This document shows positions 17,456 through 24,928 of a stretch of 64,000 bases of DNA, in pieces. Numbering within the stretch: position 1 is the first letter of the stretch; the number at the start of each line of letters is the position of its first letter. The translations under genes and the position numbers were made by a program. Where the stretch lies: contig JAGVZF010000012.1 in the NCBI GenBank assembly GCA_018302785.1, forward strand, positions 1,859-65,858, in the 5' to 3' direction. The notes below the pieces were generated by a model. It was given only the letters and a program-made list of their open reading frames with translations, did not search any database and was not told where the DNA came from. Source of the DNA: Candidatus Woesearchaeota archaeon. Lineage in GTDB: Archaea; Nanobdellota; Nanobdellia; SCGC-AAA011-G17; JAGVZF01.

Positions 17456-17845
17456 TTATTTCATCTGTTTTAAAACTTTAATGCCTAATATTATCCAATA
17501 GACTACTGTTGAGTTTTCTATAACTTTATCTTTTAATTCTTCTGGAATTTTAATATCAAAAGTTTCAAAAGTTTCCATGTCCATAACATTTGCTACATCA
17601 TTATTTATTGATAAGACTTGAGCTGATTTTTTTTCTACAATTGGAACTTCTGCTTTATCATGACTAGGCTTTACAATAACTTTTTTATCATCATTTATTA
17701 AACCTATCGCTTCAATTCTTGCTTTAGCATGACCATGTTTTCCAGTTTTTGAAGTTTGGACACTTACTACTCTACATGCTACTCCATCTATTATTATATA
17801 TCCACCAACTTTTATGCTACCAATATCTGTTGTTTTTATGGTCAT
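17456..17845 (-). CDS. eif5a: Translation initiation factor 5A (aIF5A)
   Basis: Hypusine-site motif SKTGKHGHAKARI; about 129 aa. Confidence 0.9.
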   Translation of the reverse strand: MTIKTTDIGSIKVGGYIIIDGVACRVVSVQTSKTGKHGHAKARIEAIGLINDDKKVIVKPSHDKAEVPIVEKKSAQVLSINNDVANVMDMETFETFDIKIPEELKDKVIENSTVVYWIILGIKVLKQMK

Positions 17846-17877
17846 TAATTATAGAAAGAATGAGATTAATTTAAATA

Positions 17878-17912
17878 TGTTTTGGTTTTGAAAATTGTTT
17901 TGGTTTTGAAAA
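17878..17912. repeat. Tandem direct repeat, 2 x tgttttggttttgaaaa (18-bp period)
   Basis: Copies at 17878-17894 and 17896-17912, read directly. Intergenic, just upstream of aIF5A on the minus strand. Confidence 0.9.
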
Positions 17913-17917
17913 AATAA

Positions 17918-18253
17918 TTAATTGCCTGCCTCAGCTTTTTGCTTTTGTGGGATTTTATTTTCTATTATGCGAAATTTATGGGAATAATTATTTAGTATTG
18001 CAATATCTACATCTCCATCTCCATCAAAATCTCCAGATGTAATTCCTGCGTAATCCTCATTATTTGGTAAATCATATTTTCCAAAATTATCGAAAGTGAT
18101 ATGAGTTAAATTTGATTTTTCTTTTTGTTCAGGTTCTTCTGAAGAATCTAATCTGTGACAATTAACACTTAACGGAGAAACTGCAATTATTCCAACTAAA
18201 CCTAAAGTCAAATAATTTGATTTTACTTTATGAAATAACGATTGATAACTCAT
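17918..18253 (-). CDS. Small secreted protein with one FG-GAP/VCBS-like repeat
   Basis: N-terminal hydrophobic LTLGLVGIIAVSPLS; motif GDFDGDGDVDIAIL. Confidence 0.5.
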   Translation of the reverse strand: MSYQSLFHKVKSNYLTLGLVGIIAVSPLSVNCHRLDSSEEPEQKEKSNLTHITFDNFGKYDLPNNEDYAGITSGDFDGDGDVDIAILNNYSHKFRIIENKIPQKQKAEAGN

Positions 18254-18255
18254 CT

Positions 18256-18510
18256 TTATCTTCCTTTTTTTCTTGGAGATTTAGCCTTAGAATTATTTTT
18301 ACTTAAAACTACGGAAGCCTTGTAAGCAGGCATTCTTAATTGTATTTTTAATTCATTAATGTCTTTTGTTAAATTTGCTACAGCAACCCATAATTGAGCT
18401 AGTTTAGGATCTTCAGCTCTTCTTATTACTTTTCTGTGTTTAAATGTCTCTCTAATTTGATGTTCTAAATGAGGTTTCAATGTTGGATGAAGAACTTTAT
18501 GCCATTTCAT
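18256..18510 (-). CDS. Hypothetical basic protein
   Basis: ORF only; 2-nt gap to the downstream gene suggests an operon. No recognisable motif. Confidence 0.4.
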   Translation of the reverse strand: MKWHKVLHPTLKPHLEHQIRETFKHRKVIRRAEDPKLAQLWVAVANLTKDINELKIQLRMPAYKASVVLSKNNSKAKSPRKKGR

Positions 18511-18608
18511 AAGATTAGAGATATAGTAAAAATTTATAAAGTTTTCTATTCAAGAGTGGTTACAGATTTCTGAGTAAGTTTTATATAATAATACTATAAA
18601 AAAGCTCT

Positions 18609-19244
18609 ATGGCTCTTAAAGAAGGAGATTTTGTAGAAATTGAGTATATTGGTAAGATACAAGGAAGTGATGTTATTTTTGATACTACAAGCCTAGAGAA
18701 AGATAAAAAAGGCACTATAATTGTGTGTTTAGGCCATAAAAGCATATTAAAAAGTCTAGAAGACAAATTAGTAGGAAAAGAAGTAGGAAAAGACTATAAA
18801 ATTGATTTAAATTATGATGAAGCTTTTGGAAAAAAAGATCCTAGCCTAATTAAAATCATTCCAACTAAAGTATTTATAGAAAAAAAGGTAAATCCTATGC
18901 CGGGATTACAAGTTAATATTGATGGGACTATAGCAACTATAAGAAGTGTTTCTGGAGGAAGATGTGTAGTTGATTTTAATCATCCTTTGGCAGGTAGAAA
19001 TTTAACTTATGATGTTAAGATTATTAAATATATAAATGATTTAAAAGAAAAAGTTAGTGGAATTATCAAACTAGATTTTCCATTTATTGGTGATTTTAAG
19101 CTTGAAAATGATAATTTAACCTTATATAGTGAAATGTTAGACAATAAAATAAAAGATATTGTTAAAGAGAGGATTTTGGAGTTACTTCCTGAGATTAAAA
19201 ATATAAGTTTTGAAGAGTTAAAGAAAGAGGATAAAATACAATAA
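18609..19244 (+). CDS. FKBP-type peptidyl-prolyl cis-trans isomerase (SlyD-like, long form)
   Basis: EGDFVEIEYIGK...VIFDTT and VDFNHPLAGRNLTYDVKI motifs. Confidence 0.8.
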   Translation: MALKEGDFVEIEYIGKIQGSDVIFDTTSLEKDKKGTIIVCLGHKSILKSLEDKLVGKEVGKDYKIDLNYDEAFGKKDPSLIKIIPTKVFIEKKVNPMPGLQVNIDGTIATIRSVSGGRCVVDFNHPLAGRNLTYDVKIIKYINDLKEKVSGIIKLDFPFIGDFKLENDNLTLYSEMLDNKIKDIVKERILELLPEIKNISFEELKKEDKIQ

Positions 19245-19305
19245 TTAAGTTTAAATATAAGTTTAAGTTTAATTATTAAGAATAAGAGGTTAAAAAGGTG
19301 ATTTG

Positions 19306-20418
19306 ATGGATAGTATCTTAAGAAATGTGCCACAAGGTAGGTTTAATTTTAAAGTTACTCCTAAAAAAAGCAGTCCTGTAGATGAAGAATTAGAACAGCT
19401 TCTAGCTAAGCAAAAAGCAAAAATTAAGGTTGTTGGAACTGGTGGAGCTGGCAATAATACTATTAATAGAATTAATGAAGTAGGCATTAGTGGAACTGAG
19501 ACTATAGCAATTAATACTGATGCTCAAGATTTATTATATACTGAGGCTGATCAAAAAATTCTAATTGGAAAAGAATTAACTCATGGATTAGGCGCAGGAA
19601 GTTTACCAGAAATTGGAGAACAAGCTGCTAGAGAAACAGAACATGAAATAAGACAGAAATTACAAGGAGCAGATATGGTTTTTATTACTGCAGGATTAGG
19701 TGGAGGAACTGGAACTGGGAGTGCTCCAGTTGTTGCTGAGGTTGCTAAAAAATTAGGGGCTTTAACTGTCGGAGTTGTTACAATTCCGTTTACTATGGAA
19801 GGTCAAAGAAGATATGAAAACGCTATTGATGGATTAGAAAAATTAGAGAATATTGTTGATACTTTAATTGTTATTCCAAATGACAAATTATTAGAATTAG
19901 CTCCAGAATTACCATTACATACTGCATTTAAAGTTGCTGATGAAATTTTAACTAATGCTGTAAAAGGTATTGCTGAATTAGTAACTAAAGCTGGCTTAGT
20001 AAATTTAGATTTTGCTGATATAAGAACTGTTATGGGAAAGGGTGGAGTTGCTTTAATTGGAGTTGGAGAAAGTGATTCTGCAAATAGAGCTGTTGATGCA
20101 GTTGAAAAAGCATTAAGTAATCCTTTATTAGATGTTGATGTTACTGGAGCTAATGGAGCTTTAATAAATATATCGGGTGGACCTGATATGACTTTAGAAG
20201 AAGCAAGAAAAGTAGTAGAAACTGTAAGCCAAAAATTAGATGAAGATGCTAGAATTATATGGGGGGCTCAAATTAGTGAAGATCTTGAAAAAACCATTAG
20301 AGCAATGTTGATAATTACAGGAGTTAGTAGCCCACAGATATTAGGCCCTAGAAGGACTATGGCTAAGAGGAAAAAAGGAGATATGCAAGACGAATTAGGC
20401 ATTGAATTTCTAGATTAA
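19306..20418 (+). CDS. ftsZ: Cell division GTPase FtsZ
   Basis: [12 protein letters not shown] and [15 protein letters not shown] tubulin signature. ATG at 19306 follows aaggtga (19295-19301); the track start at 19303 is a TTG. Confidence 0.95.
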   Translation: MDSILRNVPQGRFNFKVTPKKSSPVDEELEQLLAKQKAKIKVVGTGGAGNNTINRINEVGISGTETIAINTDAQDLLYTEADQKILIGKELTHGLGAGSLPEIGEQAARETEHEIRQKLQGADMVFITAGLGGGTGTGSAPVVAEVAKKLGALTVGVVTIPFTMEGQRRYENAIDGLEKLENIVDTLIVIPNDKLLELAPELPLHTAFKVADEILTNAVKGIAELVTKAGLVNLDFADIRTVMGKGGVALIGVGESDSANRAVDAVEKALSNPLLDVDVTGANGALINISGGPDMTLEEARKVVETVSQKLDEDARIIWGAQISEDLEKTIRAMLIITGVSSPQILGPRRTMAKRKKGDMQDELGIEFLD

Positions 20419-20683
20419 AATTAGCTTATTATTTATTTCTTCTATTCTTTCAAAATCCTTATCTTTAGTAATAAACGTTTTTTCTAAAACCTCGTTCTTT
20501 GCGTAATTTCAAAACAATGTTATTTAATTCCTTAGCTTCTCTATCTGAAAGTATCTTATCTGAGTTTAACATGCTTGACCAAGTTTTTTCATTTCTAACT
20601 TTTTTCTAATTTACCATATATCCATTTATGTATTTCATATCTTTAAGCCTTTCTTTTGTTGCTATTTTAGAATGCACTAATTA

Positions 20684-21157
20684 TTAATTTTGATGTTTTA
20701 AATCTTCGGCTTTCCATTCTTCTAAAAGCCATCTGGCTGTTGTTGGATCTTCAGCCTTATCAATTAGCCCTAAGTATACAGACATTAAACTGTCAGATCT
20801 TTCAAATTTTAATCTATATCCCTCTATTATTAAATTATGTGCAACTTCATTTAAATCATCTTGATATCTTGTTAATATTAAATGTTGAAGTTCATGATTT
20901 CTTTGAGAATCAGCCAGTTCTTGTAGAAAATAAGAGTGAAGACTTAAAGTAGTTTTCTTTCTATTTTGGCCTATATACAAAATTGTTAAACTATCTACTC
21001 CAGAAGCTTCGGCTAATTCTTGACCTCTGGTACCTAAAGAATCCACCATTCTTTCTATGGAATAATCGGCAAATATTGAATTATTTAGAGGAGCATTTTG
21101 GCAAGCTAAAGTTGCACTTAATGCTACAGTCCCTAATGTCTTTCTAATAAAATCCAT
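20684..21157 (-). CDS. Hypothetical protein with a lipoprotein-like signal (LSATLAC)
   Basis: ORF plus N-terminal hydrophobic segment ending in Cys. No other motif recognised. Confidence 0.4.
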   Translation of the reverse strand: MDFIRKTLGTVALSATLACQNAPLNNSIFADYSIERMVDSLGTRGQELAEASGVDSLTILYIGQNRKKTTLSLHSYFLQELADSQRNHELQHLILTRYQDDLNEVAHNLIIEGYRLKFERSDSLMSVYLGLIDKAEDPTTARWLLEEWKAEDLKHQN

Positions 21158-21255
21158 ATAATTTATTATTTCAGAAAGCTTTATAAATAGACCATAATCT
21201 TTAAAAATAGACTTATACTCATTTTTACTTGAGCCTATTAGAAGTCTTTTAAGAA

Positions 21256-21453
21256 ATGGAAGAAATACAAGGAAAGAAAAGTTTAGGAAGTAAAATTAAA
21301 ACATTTTTAATAGAATGTAAGAGAGTTTTTACAATCACAAAAAAACCTACAAGAGTTGAATTAACAACTATTGTTAAAGTAAGTGGAATTGGTATGTTAA
21401 TTATTGGAGCAATAGGTTTTTTAATACATATAATATGGACATTGGTGAGCTAA
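21256..21453 (+). CDS. secE: Preprotein translocase subunit SecE (Sec61 gamma)
   Basis: 65 aa with a single C-terminal TM (GIGMLIIGAIGFLIHIIW). Directly upstream of spt5, as in the conserved archaeal cluster. Confidence 0.8.
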   Translation: MEEIQGKKSLGSKIKTFLIECKRVFTITKKPTRVELTTIVKVSGIGMLIIGAIGFLIHIIWTLVS

Positions 21454-21927
21454 ATGAGTTATATTTTTGCTTTAAGAACAACCGCGAATAGAGAAGATCA
21501 AGTAATGGATTTTGTTTATAGTCACGCGCAGAAGAAAAATTTAAAGATATTAAGTTTAATTAGACCACATGATTTAAGAGGTTATATTTTTATAGAAGCA
21601 GAAAGTAAAGTTGATGCAGAAAGTGCATTTAAAGGAGTTCCTTATGCAAGAGGATTATTACCAAAACCATTAGATTTTAAAGAAATTGAGCATATGTTTG
21701 AACAGGCAAAAACTAATGTTAATATTCAGAAAAATGATATTGTTGAAATTATTTCAGGACCTTTTAAAAGAGAAAAAGCAAAAATTACAAGAATAGACAT
21801 GGCAAAAGAAGAAGTTGTTGTTGAGTTATTGGAAGCTGCTGTTCCAATTCCAATTACTGTAAGTTTAGATTCTGTAAAAGTAATTAGAAGAGAAGGAGAA
21901 ACTGAAGAAGAAGAAAAACCCGAATAA
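21454..21927 (+). CDS. spt5: Transcription elongation factor Spt5 (NusG)
   Basis: NGN domain start IFALRTTANREDQV, KOW motif DIVEIISGPFKREKAKITRID. Confidence 0.9.
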   Translation: MSYIFALRTTANREDQVMDFVYSHAQKKNLKILSLIRPHDLRGYIFIEAESKVDAESAFKGVPYARGLLPKPLDFKEIEHMFEQAKTNVNIQKNDIVEIISGPFKREKAKITRIDMAKEEVVVELLEAAVPIPITVSLDSVKVIRREGETEEEEKPE

Positions 21928-22971
21928 GAAGTAATTTAAGGTTTTTTCCAAATTCTTTCTTAATTTATATGTACTAGCCCATTTTGCATAAGCTTGCCAA
22001 CCTTGAAAGCTTTCAGTTATTTTATCTTTAGTTATAATTCCTTCTTTGTATGATCTAATTTTATTTTTCATTTTCCTTACATTTCTATTTCTTAACAATT
22101 TATAATAGTAAAAATTCCTGAAACCAATAAAATCTATTCCTCTGCTTAAAGGAATTATTCTTGATTTGTCTTTGTGCAATTCTATTTTAAGATTATCTAT
22201 TAAAAATCCACTTATATATCCTTTCCATTTTAATAATTGATCATATGATTCATGTAAAATTACAAAATCATCTACATATCTAATATAATATTTTATTCTT
22301 AAATTGTGTTTAATAAAATAGTCTAGTTCATTTAAATAAATATTAGCAAAGAATTGAGATGTTAAATTACCTAAGGGCATTCCTTTACCTTTTATTTTAG
22401 TGTTAAAATTAATTAATATTTGTTCTGTTAACCAAATTACTTTTTCGTCTTTAACCTTTCTCTTAATTATTTTTAATAGAATTTGCTGATCAACTGTTTC
22501 AAAGTAATGTTTAATATCTGCTTTTAGACAATAACTTATAATAGAGTTGTTATTATACTTGTTTATTGTTAAAGTTCCATTTTTTGTTACTTTTCTTAAA
22601 AACTTATAGAACCTTCTAATCGCAAATAAGTTTCCTTTATTTTTTCTGTTTGCACAAGAATCATATATAAATCTTTTTTCATAGATTGGTTCTAGAACAT
22701 TAAATAAAGCATGATGAACAATTCTATCTCTAAATTCTGATTTACTTATTTTTCTTGTTTTAGGATCTCTTAAAATAAAAGTTTTTAGTGGCTCTGGCGT
22801 ATATGTACATGTCTCCAATTCATGTTTTAATTTTAATATATTATTAAGCAAATCTTTTTCAAATTCAATTACATAATTTCTAGTTGATTTATGTTTTCTT
22901 GCTTTTTTATAAGCTAAAAAAATATTTTCAAAAGAAGTTAATTCAGAATAGAAATTTCTATAAGTCTTCAT
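21865..22971 (-). CDS. DGR-type reverse transcriptase
   Basis: RT motifs RDRIVHHAL, PLGNLTSQFFANIYLNELD (the SQ motif typical of DGR RTs) and YIRYVDDFVIL (YxDD). No maturase or endonuclease extension. The likely start is ATG at 22971 (MKTYRNFY). The track TTG start at 23079 simply reads through the TR. Confidence 0.9.
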   Translation of the reverse strand: MKTYRNFYSELTSFENIFLAYKKARKHKSTRNYVIEFEKDLLNNILKLKHELETCTYTPEPLKTFILRDPKTRKISKSEFRDRIVHHALFNVLEPIYEKRFIYDSCANRKNKGNLFAIRRFYKFLRKVTKNGTLTINKYNNNSIISYCLKADIKHYFETVDQQILLKIIKRKVKDEKVIWLTEQILINFNTKIKGKGMPLGNLTSQFFANIYLNELDYFIKHNLRIKYYIRYVDDFVILHESYDQLLKWKGYISGFLIDNLKIELHKDKSRIIPLSRGIDFIGFRNFYYYKLLRNRNVRKMKNKIRSYKEGIITKDKITESFQGWQAYAKWASTYKLRKNLEKTLNYFLFGFFFFFSFSFSSNYFYRI

Positions 22972-22998
22972 AATAAATGTCTTGGCAATTGTCTGAGT

Positions 22999-23082
22999 TA
23001 TTCCGAGGAACTGAGCATTGTTGTCAAGGTTGTTGTTACCATTAAGGCCATTGTTGTAGTTGTTGCCAAGATAAAGCAAACG
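22999..23082 (-). repeat. DGR template repeat (TR), 84 nt, AAY-codon rich
   Basis: Minus strand: cgt ttg ctt tat ctt ggc aac aac tac aac aat ggc ctt aat ggt aac aac aac ctt gac aac aat gct cag ttc ctc gga ata. Aligns to VR 23430-23510. Confidence 0.9.
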
Positions 23083-23294
23083 CCCAATTGTAGCCTATTA
23101 ATTAAAATTACACCACCACTTCATATTTCAATTTTTAATTTACTTAATGTTGTGATTGAATTTTATGGCATTTAGACTTATTAGAGTCCATGCACTATTA
23201 ATAGGCGTGTAGCCCAGACATAACTTAAGTATCATATTTAGTCTACTTAAGTAATGCCAAGACTAAAATAAGAAAAAGAAATTGTTTAAAAACT

Positions 23295-24131
23295 TTACTT
23301 AGAAAGTTTATGTACTCTTTCTGTAAAGTCTCTTAATGAAGCTCTTCCTAAGTAATCTTCTGCTATTTTCAAAACTTGATCTATACTTGGCTTTGGAATT
23401 TTTGAACTAGCTCCTTCGGCGCTATCACGTACCCCGAGGAACCGAGCACCGTAGCCAAGGTAGTTGAGACCACCAAGGCCATCGTCGTAGTCGCCAAGAT
23501 ACAGCAAACGTGCTAAAGGTTCATCCCTTAAATCATCAGTGTACCAAACTCCTATCCTTGGACCGAAAACTGTTTTGTGTTTTTCTAAATATCTTTGTGC
23601 TCTTTCTTCTCCACCTAAAAATGGAATAACTTGTGGATGTTCTAGAGCATCACTTACATTGATTAAACCGCTTGGTGAATTTCTGAATTTATCATAATCC
23701 ACTAAAAATACTAATTTATTTCCCGATTCATCAGTTAATCCTTCTAAATCAACTAATCTTTGGAATTCTCCTTGTGGAATTCTACCAGCATTATTTACTA
23801 ATCCTTCACTAATTGCTTGTTCTATATTTTCTGGAGTGGATAAGTAATTATTAGTGTGAGCATAAACAACAACTGGATTTCCTTGTTTAGTTCTACCAGT
23901 AGCTCTAATACTAGGAGTTGTAAACCAAGTTTGCCATACTCTTGAATCTCCATCAGCTTCAATTCTAGCATCTGCTAATTGAGGCATGTAAACTGGAGTA
24001 TAACCTTCTTTTTGTAAAGATTTTAATGCTTCTGGAACACTATTATTATAGAATTCTTTTCCTTCTAGATTTGTAATTATTCTTTTCGGTACTAAAATCT
24101 TACTTTGTTCTTGAATTTGTGTATTTGTCAT
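23295..24131 (-). CDS. DGR variable (target) protein, 278 aa, VR at codons 208-234
   Basis: Contains the VR (RLLYLGDYDDGLGGLNYLGYGARFLGV). I see no N-terminal signal peptide or TM segment. The N-terminal about 200 aa are unrecognised. Confidence 0.85.
   Translation of the reverse strand: MTNTQIQEQSKILVPKRIITNLEGKEFYNNSVPEALKSLQKEGYTPVYMPQLADARIEADGDSRVWQTWFTTPSIRATGRTKQGNPVVVYAHTNNYLSTPENIEQAISEGLVNNAGRIPQGEFQRLVDLEGLTDESGNKLVFLVDYDKFRNSPSGLINVSDALEHPQVIPFLGGEERAQRYLEKHKTVFGPRIGVWYTDDLRDEPLARLLYLGDYDDGLGGLNYLGYGARFLGVRDSAEGASSKIPKPSIDQVLKIAEDYLGRASLRDFTERVHKLSK
23430..23510 (-). repeat. DGR variable repeat (VR), 81 nt
   Basis: Minus strand: cgt ttg ctg tat ctt ggc gac tac gac gat ggc ctt ggt ggt ctc aac tac ctt ggc tac ggt gct cgg ttc ctc ggg gta. 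There are 15 substitutions relative to TR, all at TR adenines. In addition there is one T-to-G change at codon 3 and a one-codon gap. Confidence 0.9.
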
Positions 24132-24151
24132 ATTTTGTATTAGGATTAACT

Positions 24152-24167
24152 AATATATAAATCTTTC
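24152..24167 (-). promoter_or_regulatory. BRE/TATA-like promoter of the DGR target gene (gaaagatttatatatt on the minus strand)
   Basis: Matches the window-wide promoter motif. Centred about 26 nt upstream of the ATG at 24131, which implies a leaderless or near-leaderless mRNA. Confidence 0.45.
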
Positions 24168-24252
24168 TATTTGTTACTACTATTAAGTTATGTAAATGCA
24201 TAGCAACGCAAAAGATAACTTTTTATACTAGTTTTACTTGTATTACTTTTAA

Positions 24253-24462
24253 AAGGATGTAGAAGAACAAACATTTAAAGAATTTAAAGCTGAATCTGTA
24301 ATAGAAGGATTGAAAATAGGTAAGGCTTTAACTATAGCAATGAAATTTTGGTTAGAACAAAAAAGTAAAAAACCTAAAGTTAGTTTTATTGAATTAAAGC
24401 CAAAAAACTGGGGTAATGGAACAGAAAAAACTAGTGAAGAGATAGATAAAATTTTATATTAA
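24253..24462 (+). pseudogene. Possible degraded or short VapB-like antitoxin upstream of the PIN gene
   Basis: Open frame ends 2 nt before the PIN ATG: KDVEEQTFKEFKAESVIEGLKIGKALTIAMKFWLEQKSKK... It has no start codon at its 5' end (in-frame stop at 24250-24252). The first in-frame TTG is at 24310 and the first ATG at 24340. Confidence 0.3.
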
Positions 24463-24463
24463 A

Positions 24464-24865
24464 ATGGTCATTATTATAGACGCTAGTGTTTTTGTTGCCT
24501 ATGCAAATAAGGATGATATTCATAATAAGAGAGCACAAGAAATAACTAGATTAATTATTGCTGGAAGATACGGAAGAGTATTAACCACAGATTATATTTT
24601 TGACGAAACTATTAGTGTTGTTTTAAGAAAATCAAACAAAATAAATGCAGTAGAATTAGGAAATTATATTCTAAATTCTGAGATTCATGTTGCTAAAATA
24701 GACTCTTCTATTTTTGAAGAATCGTGGAATTTATTTAAAAAATTTGAAAATTTTAGTTTTACTGATTGTACAACACTGGCTATTATGAAGACCTTAGGTA
24801 TAAAAGATATTGCAACTTTTGATAAGGAATTCAGAAAGTTAGAATGGATTAATGTTGTTGGATAA
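24464..24865 (+). CDS. vapC: PIN-domain ribonuclease (VapC-like toxin)
   Basis: IIIDASVFVAY (first acidic residue), TDYIFDET, FSFTDCTTLAIM and ATFDKEF motifs. Confidence 0.8.
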   Translation: MVIIIDASVFVAYANKDDIHNKRAQEITRLIIAGRYGRVLTTDYIFDETISVVLRKSNKINAVELGNYILNSEIHVAKIDSSIFEESWNLFKKFENFSFTDCTTLAIMKTLGIKDIATFDKEFRKLEWINVVG

Positions 24866-24872
24866 TCAAATT

Positions 24873-24888
24873 CGAAAGCCTTAAAAAG
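24873..24888 (+). promoter_or_regulatory. BRE/TATA-like promoter (cgaaagccttaaaaag) upstream of rpl11
   Basis: Motif match, about 45 nt upstream of the ATG at 24929. Confidence 0.4.
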
Positions 24889-24928
24889 TTATTCTGGAAT
24901 CTCAAAATATAATTTATGTATAATAAAA

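Larger units (their letters stand above)
21865..24131 (-). mobile_element. Diversity-generating retroelement cassette (target gene with VR - spacer - TR - RT)
   Basis: See the component features. The TR/VR pair differs almost only at TR adenines, and the RT has DGR-type motifs. Confidence 0.9.

Noticed and set aside
20419-20683. Short minus-strand ORF fragments (for example MLNSDKILSDREAKELNNIVLKLRKERGFRKNVYY) in the 265-nt gap after ftsZ
   Set aside because: The fragments are interrupted by stops in all frames and match no recognisable domain. This is possibly a decayed small gene, but the evidence is insufficient.
21865-22971. RT as a group II intron maturase or retron RT
   Set aside because: There is no maturase X or endonuclease domain (only 368 aa). 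The SQ-type motif (LGNLTSQ) replaces the group II pattern. An adjacent TR/VR pair shows adenine-specific mismatches. I saw no msr/msd-like inverted repeats.
22972-23079. N-terminal extension of the RT ORF from a TTG at 23079 (MLYLGNNYNNGLNGNNNLDNNAQFLGITQTIAKTFI...)
   Set aside because: This stretch is the DGR template repeat, which is open-reading because it mirrors the coding VR. A proper ATG (22971, MKTYRNFY) sits at the usual distance before RT motif 1. It is treated as TR, not coding, although an in-frame fusion cannot be strictly excluded.
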